A DNA stretch of 60,238 nt from Ignavibacteriales bacterium (GTDB taxonomy: Bacteria > Bacteroidota > Ignavibacteria > UBA10030), in the NCBI GenBank assembly GCA_016186715.1, contig JACPLA010000085.1, forward strand, positions 1-60,238. Reading direction: 5' to 3'. The number at the start of each line of letters is the position of its first letter. Position 1 is the first letter of the stretch. Under the pieces are notes generated by a model. It searched no databases, was not told the DNA's origin, and saw only the letters and a program-made list of their open reading frames with translations. The position numbers were made by a program, and so were the translations under genes. Below, piece after piece: positions 1-8,572 of this stretch.

Positions 1-559
1 GGACGAGGCATTGGCTCTTCCCACGGAGGAATCGGTCCGGCTGGCATTGCGGACTCAACAGGTCATCGCTTATGAATCAGGGGTGGCCGATACGATTGAC
101 CCCCTTTGTGGATCGTACTTTGTCGAATCGTTGACAAACGAGATCGAAAACCGCGTGCGGGAATATCTGGAGAAAATCGACGGTCTGGGGGGAGCGGTGA
201 AAGCAATTGAAAAACAGTTCTATCAGACCGAGATCATGCGCAGCGCATATGAGTACCAGAAGGCCATCGAAGAGAAGGAAAAGATCATTGTCGGTGTGAA
301 TGAATTTCAGACTGAGGAAGAGGCTCCTGCGACGATCTTGCGAATTGATGAAAGTATCAGGACGAAACAAATGGAGAGGCTGCGCTCAGTGAGGCAATCA
401 AGAGACAGTGCCGCGGTCTCAAGGGCCCTGAATGAGTTAGCCAGGGCAGCCGAAACAAACGAAAATGTTATTCCTTCTATCCTTGCTGCTGTTGAAGGTT
501 ACGCCACCGTTGGCGAGATCTCGGATACGCTGCGAAAAGTCTGGGGGGAATACGCATAG
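1..559 (+). CDS. Methylmalonyl-CoA mutase family, substrate-binding subunit (3' part, truncated by window start)
   Basis: ALPTEESVRLALRTQQVIAYESGVADTIDPLxGSYFVESLT, IVGVNEF and ATVGEISDTLRKVWGEY motifs; no fused B12-binding domain. Confidence 0.9.
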   Translation, partial: DEALALPTEESVRLALRTQQVIAYESGVADTIDPLCGSYFVESLTNEIENRVREYLEKIDGLGGAVKAIEKQFYQTEIMRSAYEYQKAIEEKEKIIVGVNEFQTEEEAPATILRIDESIRTKQMERLRSVRQSRDSAAVSRALNELARAAETNENVIPSILAAVEGYATVGEISDTLRKVWGEYA

Positions 560-778
560 GCGACGGTGAGCAGAAAGCTTCTGATTGTGTATCAACCTGT
601 TTTGAGAATCGGTTATTCTTTGCGAGTGCTTGGTATCACACGGAATATGTTCGATTTCCTCTAAGTTTGTTTTATGAGTTTCAGACGACGCCCGAGCCCC
701 CCCAACTGATTGGGTCATTTGGTTGTAGTACAAAAAAACGCCGCTCCAGCCTTTTTGAATAACCTGTAAGGTATCCTC

Positions 779-2851
779 ATGAAAAACTTTGCGACAATTG
801 CAGCCGCGGGGGCTTTTCTTTTCCTCGTAAGTACCACCTCGGTGGCCCAGGTTCCCCGGGTGCTTTCTTATCAGGGTGTTCTGACAGACACGACTGGAGC
901 CCCGAAGCCGGATGGAGACTACACGTTTGTCTTCCGATTGTATCGTTCGGAAAGTGGAGGATCGGTGCTTTGGGCGGAGGCAAAGACATTGCCAGTGATA
1001 AGAGGATTGTTCAGCACCCTGTTGGGGGACCAAACGGCATTCCCGGATTCGGTAACGTTTCGCGAAGCGTATTGGTTAGGCCTTGAAGTAGGCGGGCAGG
1101 AACTTTCGCCCCGAATCAGACTTGGCTCGGTGGGGTACTCATTGCACGCGATCAGAACTGACACCGCGACATTTGCTTTGAATGCCCTTGGTATTCAAAG
1201 GCCTGTGAATCCGGCAATTACGACAGCGGAAATAACGGACGCGGCGATCACACAAGCGAAATTGGCAGATAATGCAGTCACAAGCGCGAAAGTGGCGAAT
1301 AAGTCACTGCAACGAGTCGACGTTGCGGATGACTTCAAGGCTCCGCGGGCGGACACGGCTGATGTGGCCCTCATGGCGGTGCTTCAAGATACCTCGGTGG
1401 GTACATCCCAGTTGGAAGACGGGGCGGTGACTGAGGCCAAACTTGCGCCCGGATCGGTAACGAGCGAGAAAATTGCAGATCAAACGATACAACGAGCCGA
1501 TGTCGCGAATGACTTCAAGGCTCCGAAAGCAGACACCGCGGACTTTGCTCTTGCTCTGGGAAACAATTCGGTCACAACCGCCGAAATTGTTGACGGTACC
1601 ATTACCTCGGCCGACGTCGCGGGAGACTTCAGGGCGCCTGTCGCCGACAGCGCAGTCGTGGCAGGCAACGTTTCTTCCGTGGCAAACCTCGTTGTGGCTT
1701 CTGTCTCAGGAGACGGAGGAGGGCTGACAAATCTTCATGCTGCCAACCTTGCCCAGGGAACAGTCCCCTCAGGTAGAATCTCGGGAACATATGCGGGACA
1801 GGTGGCCTATTCCGACACGTTAAAGCAATTCAGAGGAGTCTTTACCGGCGATGGTTCCGGGCTCACGGGTGTGAGCGTGAGCGGAACAGCCGGGGGCGAC
1901 CTCTCCGGGACATATCCCAATCCAACGATCGCCGATACCGCGGTGATCACTTCAAAAATCCGCGATAATCACGTAACCGATGTAAAAATCGTCTCGCTCA
2001 GCGCGTCGAAACTGACGGGCGCACTCCCCGCGCTCGACGGCTCGGCACTCACGAATGTGGACGCGGCGACTTTGGAAGGGAGTTCCCTTTCCGATCTGAG
2101 CACGATGTTTGCAGCGAGCTCACATGATCATCAGCTGGATAACCTCTCGGGAACGCTTTCAATCATAAAAGGGGGGACCGGATCGACAACGAGAAACTTC
2201 ATCTATTTGAATCAAGACGATACGGTGGGAGGGACTAAGATCTTCGCACCGACGACAAACGTGACGGGTCTGATTGCCCGGAGGTATTCGGATTTGCCCG
2301 AGTTCGGCCCCGATATCTTCGCGGCGCAGAGCCAAAGCGGAGCAGATTTGTTTCGGATCGATTTTCTTGGAATCGCCCGCGGCGATGGGAGCGGCTTGAC
2401 GAATCTTGATGCCTCCGAGCTCGTCGGGACAATTCCTGAGGGGTCAATCCCGGCGATGTATGCGAGTGCAGTGACGTTCTCCAACTCTTCAAATTCCTTT
2501 GCGGGCAGCTTCCAAGGATCAGTATCTGCCGCGACGTTCGAGATGGCGGTGCGAACCACATCATCAGATATTACCGCGGATGCAGAACCGCTCATCTTTG
2601 TTGACGTAAGTGACGGGAGCAGGACGGTGACATTACCGCTGGCGTCCGCATCGAAAGGAAAAATCTATCAGATCAAACTCGCTAAGAAAGACAGTCTTAG
2701 TCTCAATTCGCTGATCATTGCCACGTCTGGAAGCGATTTGATTGAAGGACTAACCAGCATCACCCTGGGTTCGCTGTTTGATTTTGCGGTTCTCGTTAGC
2801 GACGGAAATAGTTGGTTTATCCTCTCTCGCCTTATCGAAACTCCGAGTTGA
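779..2851 (+). CDS. Secreted tail-fibre/adhesin-like repetitive protein
   Basis: Signal peptide; N-domain SYQGVLTD..FRLY..LWAE..GLFSTLLG..WLGLEV..LSPR; VTxAKLA repeats; GDGSGLTN motifs; AGGDLSGTYPNPTI; fibre-tip-like C-terminus (TVTLP..LVSDGNSWFI). Confidence 0.7.
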   Translation: MKNFATIAAAGAFLFLVSTTSVAQVPRVLSYQGVLTDTTGAPKPDGDYTFVFRLYRSESGGSVLWAEAKTLPVIRGLFSTLLGDQTAFPDSVTFREAYWLGLEVGGQELSPRIRLGSVGYSLHAIRTDTATFALNALGIQRPVNPAITTAEITDAAITQAKLADNAVTSAKVANKSLQRVDVADDFKAPRADTADVALMAVLQDTSVGTSQLEDGAVTEAKLAPGSVTSEKIADQTIQRADVANDFKAPKADTADFALALGNNSVTTAEIVDGTITSADVAGDFRAPVADSAVVAGNVSSVANLVVASVSGDGGGLTNLHAANLAQGTVPSGRISGTYAGQVAYSDTLKQFRGVFTGDGSGLTGVSVSGTAGGDLSGTYPNPTIADTAVITSKIRDNHVTDVKIVSLSASKLTGALPALDGSALTNVDAATLEGSSLSDLSTMFAASSHDHQLDNLSGTLSIIKGGTGSTTRNFIYLNQDDTVGGTKIFAPTTNVTGLIARRYSDLPEFGPDIFAAQSQSGADLFRIDFLGIARGDGSGLTNLDASELVGTIPEGSIPAMYASAVTFSNSSNSFAGSFQGSVSAATFEMAVRTTSSDITADAEPLIFVDVSDGSRTVTLPLASASKGKIYQIKLAKKDSLSLNSLIIATSGSDLIEGLTSITLGSLFDFAVLVSDGNSWFILSRLIETPS
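1230..1660 (+). repeat. Three degenerate intragenic repeats (xDVAxDFKAPxADTA), first two 180 bp apart
   Basis: gacttcaaggctccg at about 1331 and 1511; gacttcagggcgcct at about 1625. Confidence 0.8.
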
Positions 2852-2916
2852 GGTTAGACTCAGTCGGCTGGAAAAACATGAATCGTTCCTGTTGATTTGA
2901 TTAAAGGGAAATTGAA

Positions 2917-3486
2917 ATGCCTCGCAAAGCGTGGTTTTTCATCATTCAGATCCTCTTCTTCCTGGCAGTACGGCATGCTCATGCTCAAAATACCGCAGTT
3001 CCATGGTCCGGCTTTGCTGTCGGAACCGGCATTGTCACGGGCTCGAACACCTTCTCGGCTGCCTCCGTTGGCGAAGGATTCACTGGCGCTGCCAAAGCTG
3101 TGGAGTTCCAGGTTGGAAGCGGATTCCTGGCCGGATTGGCAAGCCAATCGGGAATCACGTCGGTTCAAGATGAGCAGGCGCTTCCCCTCACCTTCGAACT
3201 CTATCAGAACTATCCCAATCCTTTTAATCCCTCCACTACGATCACCTACGATATTCCGGAGTTGAGCAGGGTAACGATTCGCCTCTTCAATCTGCTGGGT
3301 CAGCTTGTCGCAACGATCACAGATGGCGAACAACCGCCCGGCCAATATCGCATCGTCTGGAAAGGACAAAATGACACAGGGGTGCAGGTATCATCCGGTG
3401 TGTATTTCTACCGCATCCATGCAAGAAAGACCGTTGGAGATCGGAAAGAGTTTATTCAAACAAAAAAACTCGTCCTACTGAAATAG
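2917..3486 (+). CDS. Small secreted protein with T9SS type A / FlgD-Ig-like C-terminal sorting domain
   Basis: Signal peptide, about 60 aa Gly/Ser-rich N-part, then LYQNYPNPFNPSTTITY..SSGVYFYRI..TKKLVLLK. Confidence 0.88.
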   Translation: MPRKAWFFIIQILFFLAVRHAHAQNTAVPWSGFAVGTGIVTGSNTFSAASVGEGFTGAAKAVEFQVGSGFLAGLASQSGITSVQDEQALPLTFELYQNYPNPFNPSTTITYDIPELSRVTIRLFNLLGQLVATITDGEQPPGQYRIVWKGQNDTGVQVSSGVYFYRIHARKTVGDRKEFIQTKKLVLLK

Positions 3487-3507
3487 TTCAAAACATTTCA
3501 CTTTTCA

Positions 3508-3680
3508 CCCTTCGACCCTTCGGCTTCGCTCAGGGTCGAACCTTGATTGCGTCGAAAGGTTCGACAGGCCCTTCGGTCTTGAGACCCTCGGTCTGCGCCG
3601 GGTTCCAAGACTCAGGGTCGAAAGACTCAGGGTGATGGTGAGCCCGTCGAACCATGATGGTGAGCCCGTCGAACCATCAC
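3508..3680. repeat. Cluster of REP/MITE-like palindromic units with a 22-bp tandem duplication
   Basis: ccttcg../ctcagggt units; tgatggtgagcccgtcgaacca twice (3633-3654, 3655-3676); ggttcgac complementary to gtcgaacc. Confidence 0.75.
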
Positions 3681-3830
3681 TTTTCACATCTCATTTCTTC
3701 CCCTCTCTCCCGTGCCCCCACGCTCCGTTGTTCTCTTTCACAACTCTTCACCCTTCACCCTTTGCTCTTTACCATTTACGCATTACTCTCTACCCTTCAC
3801 ACCTCTCATCCCCTACCTTCCCAGCCGTCT
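3681..3830. repeat. Pyrimidine-rich degenerate heptamer-period repeat tract
   Basis: ctcttca cccttca ccctttg ctcttta ccattta cgcatta ctctcta cccttca. Confidence 0.6.
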
Positions 3831-3847
3831 TTTTCCTATATTCTTTT

Positions 3848-4627
3848 GTGCGCATTTCAAAAAGCGAACTGAAATACCTTCGCTCACTCTCGCAGAAGAA
3901 AACCCGTCAGACTGAAAAGAGGTTCATCCTCGAGGGGTGGCGGGCATTGAAGGAAGCGGTAAATTCCTCTGTACGCATCGACCTTGTGGGAGCTCTTTCA
4001 CGATACCTTGAAGACGGCGATTATGCTGGGATCCTCGGCGAGGCGAAGAAAAGAAACGTCCCGATCAAGGAGCTCAGCGAGACGGAGCTGGGTCAGATCT
4101 CGGAAACGGTCCACGCCCAGGGGGTCATCGCCGTTGTGCATCAGGCAAACGTGACGCTCTCGGATCGCCTGATCGCCAACGCACGCACTGTGGTGGCGGC
4201 GGATGCCGTGAACGATCCCGGCAACCTGGGTTCCCTCATCAGGACTGCGGATTGGTTTGGTGTCGATCTGCTGCTTCTGGGCAAGGGATGCGTTGAATTG
4301 TATAACGATAAAGTGGTCAGGTCGACCGTCGGCTCTCTGTTCCATGTTTCCGCTGTTGAAGGGGTCGAACTTCCAGTTGCGCTTGGGGATCTGAAAAGGC
4401 AAGGATTTGAAATTGTCGCTCTCTCCGCGGATGGGAGGTCGGAATACAGTCAAATCCGACGGGATGGAAAGATGGTCCTGGTGGTCGGGAGCGAAGCACA
4501 CGGTGTCAGCAAAGGGGTGAAATCTTCTGCAGACGTGATCGTCAGAATTCCGAGATTCGGCCGTGCAGAATCCCTGAATGTCAGCGTAGCATGCGGAATC
4601 GTCATGGCGCATGTCAAGATGAGGTGA
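3848..4627 (+). CDS. TrmH/SpoU family RNA 2'-O-methyltransferase
   Basis: DPGNLGSLIRTADWFG, GSEAHG and ESLNVSVACGI motifs; GTG at 3848 preferred over 3632, which runs through repeats. Confidence 0.92.
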   Translation: MRISKSELKYLRSLSQKKTRQTEKRFILEGWRALKEAVNSSVRIDLVGALSRYLEDGDYAGILGEAKKRNVPIKELSETELGQISETVHAQGVIAVVHQANVTLSDRLIANARTVVAADAVNDPGNLGSLIRTADWFGVDLLLLGKGCVELYNDKVVRSTVGSLFHVSAVEGVELPVALGDLKRQGFEIVALSADGRSEYSQIRRDGKMVLVVGSEAHGVSKGVKSSADVIVRIPRFGRAESLNVSVACGIVMAHVKMR

Positions 4628-4629
4628 AC

Positions 4630-4698
4630 TTCAACATTCATTGTTCTACATTCGATATTTTCTCAAAAAACATCGAATAGTAAACACGGAATGTTGAA
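4630..4698. repeat. Imperfect intergenic inverted repeat
   Basis: ttcaacattc (4630-4639)/gaatgttgaa (4689-4698) enclosing attcgat/atcgaat. Confidence 0.55.
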
Positions 4699-4730
4699 TG
4701 ATGAAGGAATTACACAGCAAGGATAAGTCC

Positions 4731-5666
4731 ATGATCACCAGGGTTCCCGGATTCAAGGTGGGGAACGTCACAGATTCTGTGAACGCCACGGGTTGTACGG
4801 TGATCCTCTGCCCTCCTCGAACAAGGGCGAGCTGTGAAGTGCGTGGAAATTCCCCCGGCAGTCGGGAACTTGCATTGCTCGCTCCCGAAAAATCCATGCA
4901 AGAAGTCCATGCTCTGCTCTTGACCGGAGGGAGCGCGTTTGGGCTGGCCGCCGCGGATGGCGTGGTGCAATGGCTTCAGGAGAACGATGTCGGGTACGAG
5001 ACGCCCTGGGCAAAAGTCCCGATTGTTCCTGCCGCAGTGGTCTTTGATCTGAATGTCGGATCGAAGACGGTGAGACCCACGGCCGCGAGCGGGTACGAAG
5101 CCTGCCGGATTGCGTCTCAACAATTTGCCGAAGGGAGTGTAGGGGCCGGAACCGGAGCAACCGTGGGGAAATGGGCCGGGGTTGAGACGTGGATGAAAGG
5201 GGGAATCGGGTCGGCGTCGGAAAGGATCGGAGATCTGATCGTCGGCACGCTTGCGGTCGTGAACGCCGTCGGCGACATTATCGATGAACATGGAAATATT
5301 ATTGCGGGGGCAAGAGGGAAGAACCGGAGATTTCTCGCAGAAGAAAACCCTCTTCGTACCTTTGCCCGCGGAAAAGTACTGGAAAAAGCAAATACGACGC
5401 TCGTCGTGATGGCAACCAATGCCGACCTCGGCAAGCTTGAGCTGTTCAGAGTCTCTCAACGCATGCACGACGGAATGGCACGTGCGGTTGCTCCCGTTCA
5501 CACGAGTTATGACGGGGATGTCGCATTTGCCTTTTCGGCAGGCAAACAAGAGACGGACTTCGATTTTATCGCCGAGCTCTCTGCACAGTTGACCGCCTCA
5601 GCGATTCGGCGGGCAGTTCGATCGGCCACGGAGGTTGACGGAGTGCCTGCCATCGCGTCTGCTTGA
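4731..5666 (+). CDS. P1 (DmpA-like, S58) peptidase
   Basis: LLTGGSAFGL, EGSVGAGTGA, KGGIG, VVNAVGD, NTTLVV and DGDVAFA motifs. Confidence 0.9.
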   Translation: MITRVPGFKVGNVTDSVNATGCTVILCPPRTRASCEVRGNSPGSRELALLAPEKSMQEVHALLLTGGSAFGLAAADGVVQWLQENDVGYETPWAKVPIVPAAVVFDLNVGSKTVRPTAASGYEACRIASQQFAEGSVGAGTGATVGKWAGVETWMKGGIGSASERIGDLIVGTLAVVNAVGDIIDEHGNIIAGARGKNRRFLAEENPLRTFARGKVLEKANTTLVVMATNADLGKLELFRVSQRMHDGMARAVAPVHTSYDGDVAFAFSAGKQETDFDFIAELSAQLTASAIRRAVRSATEVDGVPAIASA

Positions 5667-5782
5667 CGATGCTCACGTGGCCCAAGCCTTTCCTTGAGTA
5701 TCTTGGAACTTTTCGCTGCGGATTCTTTTGGCTATATTTCATCGATTGAAGAGAAGAAGCATGTAGCTTGTAAAGGAACAGG

Positions 5783-6382
5783 TTGAAGGCACTTTTCGCG
5801 TGGTTACGAAAGCTCAAGGACTGGGTTGAAGGGTTTGCGCAAAACCGGAAAGCAGGATGGGCGCTTTTCGGAATTGCGTTCGTTGAATCTTCGTTCTTTC
5901 CCATTCCACCGGATGTTCTTTTGATCGCATTGGCAGTCGCGGTGCCCGCACGGGCTTTCCGCTATGCACTCATCTGCTCGGTGGGCTCCGTCATCGGTGG
6001 CATGTTTGGGTACCTGATCGGACTGGAATTCTATGAGATTCTGGGGAAGAAGATCATCGAATTTTACGGACTCGAAGAACAATACCTGGTTGTCAAGGCG
6101 CTCTATGACCGGAATGCCTTTTCGGCTATTGCGGCGGCGGGGTTCACGCCAATCCCTTATAAGGTCTTTACCATTGCCGCAGGAGCTTTTCAGGTTTCGT
6201 TCTCCACGCTGGTTTATGCGTCGGCTGTAAGCAGACCTGCCCGGTTTTTTCTTGTTGCGGGCCTCTTCTTCGTTTTCGGACCGAAAATCAAGCCGTGGAT
6301 CGACAAATACTTTGAGCTTCTGACGGTCGTTTTTGTCGTGTTGCTGATTCTTGGGTTTGTGGCGATCAAGTATCTGGTCTGA
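5783..6382 (+). CDS. YqaA/DedA (VTT domain) membrane protein
   Basis: AFVESSFFPIPPDVLL and GFTPIPYKVFTI motifs, several TM helices. Confidence 0.92.
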   Translation: MKALFAWLRKLKDWVEGFAQNRKAGWALFGIAFVESSFFPIPPDVLLIALAVAVPARAFRYALICSVGSVIGGMFGYLIGLEFYEILGKKIIEFYGLEEQYLVVKALYDRNAFSAIAAAGFTPIPYKVFTIAAGAFQVSFSTLVYASAVSRPARFFLVAGLFFVFGPKIKPWIDKYFELLTVVFVVLLILGFVAIKYLV

Positions 6383-6409
6383 ACTTTCACATCGAACGGA
6401 GGATGATGT

Positions 6410-7018
6410 ATGAAACATCGATTCCTGGGGACTGTGCTGATCGTGATCTTTTTTGCGACGGTTTCGATGACACAGAATCTCCGCCAATCGTACAGCGGCA
6501 AGTTTGGCTACTATGCCCCGAGCGACGGGCTCAACGACGGCTTATTGCTTGGAGCGGATGGGATTACCGAATTCCTTCACTACGATTTTTTTCTCAATCT
6601 CGCAGCCGATCTCTATCTGAAGAAGACCTTCAATTTCTTCAAAGACCCTAAACCTCAGATCGTGCAACAGCAAATTGTCTTGATTCCTCTTGGAGGTGGT
6701 GCGGCATACAAACTCTTTGATGTTACCGACGCTGACTCACGCGGGTATGCTGGACTCGGTGCTGGATACTACCTCTACTTTTACTCCGTCGACTATAGGA
6801 GCTCAGCAGGCGGCCTCCTCGGTGGATCCCTCACGTCAGAAAGTGACAACAAAAACGGGGGGAGGCTTTTTGCGACTATCTTCCTCCGCGCCCTGATTGG
6901 AAAGATTTTCATTGAGCCCCGCTATTTCTTCGCGGCGAAAGACGAGGACAGCGTTGGATCGCACCCCTTTATTGTAAATCCATCCGGGTTCAGCCTGATG
7001 TTGGGATACCAATACTAG
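6410..7018 (+). CDS. Putative small outer-membrane beta-barrel protein
   Basis: Signal peptide, alternating aromatic beta strands, terminal LMLGYQY. Confidence 0.6.
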   Translation: MKHRFLGTVLIVIFFATVSMTQNLRQSYSGKFGYYAPSDGLNDGLLLGADGITEFLHYDFFLNLAADLYLKKTFNFFKDPKPQIVQQQIVLIPLGGGAAYKLFDVTDADSRGYAGLGAGYYLYFYSVDYRSSAGGLLGGSLTSESDNKNGGRLFATIFLRALIGKIFIEPRYFFAAKDEDSVGSHPFIVNPSGFSLMLGYQY

Positions 7019-7175
7019 GTGCCCCTCCAACGAAATCTCATACAAAACATGGGGGACAGTGCTCGCTCCAATAACTCAAAACGCAGATGCAATGTTCAAT
7101 CATTTTGTTGGAGCGGCGCTAGTCAATGATGGATGCCTGCCGTCGGATCAGCCTTCGTTGCTATTCAGTGAAATA

Positions 7176-7661
7176 ATGCCGAATATAACGAGTCGCATCG
7201 TTGAAATTTGTGTGTTCAAGATCGTAGACGGAGACCCGCTCTATCTGATTCTGAAACGCACACAAACAGACGAACTGTATCCGGGCATCTGGCAAATTGT
7301 CACCGGGGTTGTCGAAGAAGGTGAGCACACCGTCCAAGCTGCGCTGCGCGAATTGGAAGAGGAAACGGGACTCCATCCTGTAAAATTCTGGCGACTACCG
7401 TTTGTCAACTCGTTCTTTGAGCCCAGGCGGGACGTTGTTCACCTGTGTCCATATTTTGCCGCCAGGGTGGTTTCTTCGGCCGAACCGGTTCTTTCAAGCG
7501 AGCATCAGCGATATGAGTGGTGTTCGCTCGATCGGGCCCAGACGCTTTTGCCTTGGTCGGGCCAGAGAAACGGCGTGCGAATTGCCCACAATCAGTGTGT
7601 TCAGGAAACGGAGGAGTCCCGGCTGCTGGAAATCGATTATCAGAAACGGAAAAACTTTTGA
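7176..7661 (+). CDS. NUDIX pyrophosphatase (NudB-like)
   Basis: Nudix box GVVEEGEHTVQAALRELEEETG; PGIWQ and LSSEH motifs; ATG at 7176 chosen. Confidence 0.88.
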   Translation: MPNITSRIVEICVFKIVDGDPLYLILKRTQTDELYPGIWQIVTGVVEEGEHTVQAALRELEEETGLHPVKFWRLPFVNSFFEPRRDVVHLCPYFAARVVSSAEPVLSSEHQRYEWCSLDRAQTLLPWSGQRNGVRIAHNQCVQETEESRLLEIDYQKRKNF

Positions 7662-8572
7662 GTCTCCTTGTTGTCGGTTCGGTGGCTTTGGATTCAGTGG
7701 AAACGCCTTTTGGAAAGGTCGCGGACGCTTTGGGTGGTTCTGCAGTGTATATCGGTGCCTCAGCCAGCTATTTTACAGCCCCCATTCGGATGGTTGCGGT
7801 CGTCGGTGGAGATTTTCCGAAAAAGCACATTGAATTCCTGGAAGATCGTACCATTGACCTCGACGGCCTGCAAGTTGTCCAGGAGGGCAGGACATTCCGA
7901 TGGGGCGGAAGATATCACTATGATCTGAATACCCGGGACTCTCTTTACACAGAGCTCAACGTGTTTGAAAAATTCAATCCTGCCATTCCGGACGGATATC
8001 GGAAATCGGCGTACGTGTGTCTCGGGAATATTCATCCGTCGCTGCAACGAAGGGTTCTTGAACAAATCGCCAAGCCGCGGCTGGTGATTGGCGACACGAT
8101 GAACTACTGGATCGAAAACACGAAAGAGGATTTGAAGAAAACCCTGAAGGTGATGGACGTTCTCGTCGTAAATGATTCAGAGGCGCGCCTTCTCACTCAG
8201 GAGCCGAATCTTATCAAGGCAGCGAAGCAGATCATCGCGATGGGACCCAAAATTGTCATTATCAAGAAGGGGGAGCACGGCGCGCTCCTGGTGACAGACG
8301 ATACGATCTTTTCTGCGCCGGCTTATCCTCTTGAAACGATCTACGATCCGACCGGGGCGGGCGATTCTTTTGCCGGAGGTTTTGCCGGATGGCTTGCGAA
8401 AACCGACGATCTTTCGCCGGCGAACCTGAAGAGGGCAGTCATTTATGGAAGCACGCTTGCGTCCTTCTGCGTGGAGCGATTCGGCGTCGAACGGCTCCGG
8501 GACCTCACCTATCTCGAGATCAAGGACCGCTACCGCTCGTTCATGGAGCTGGTTCGTTTTGATGAGGGATGA
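7658..8572 (+). CDS. PfkB family carbohydrate/nucleoside kinase
   Basis: LLVVGSVALD, LGGSA and DPTGAGDSFAGG motifs; TTG start overlaps the NUDIX stop. Confidence 0.92.
   Translation: MSLLVVGSVALDSVETPFGKVADALGGSAVYIGASASYFTAPIRMVAVVGGDFPKKHIEFLEDRTIDLDGLQVVQEGRTFRWGGRYHYDLNTRDSLYTELNVFEKFNPAIPDGYRKSAYVCLGNIHPSLQRRVLEQIAKPRLVIGDTMNYWIENTKEDLKKTLKVMDVLVVNDSEARLLTQEPNLIKAAKQIIAMGPKIVIIKKGEHGALLVTDDTIFSAPAYPLETIYDPTGAGDSFAGGFAGWLAKTDDLSPANLKRAVIYGSTLASFCVERFGVERLRDLTYLEIKDRYRSFMELVRFDEG

Noticed and set aside
779-2851. Tail-fibre-like gene as a prophage remnant
   Set aside because: It has a Sec signal peptide and no neighbouring phage genes
3633-3676. 22-bp direct repeat as a CRISPR array
   Set aside because: Only two adjacent copies, with no spacers and no cas genes
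3632-3847. N-terminal extension of the TrmH ORF
   Set aside because: Translation of repeat and pyrimidine tracts; family similarity starts at GTG 3848
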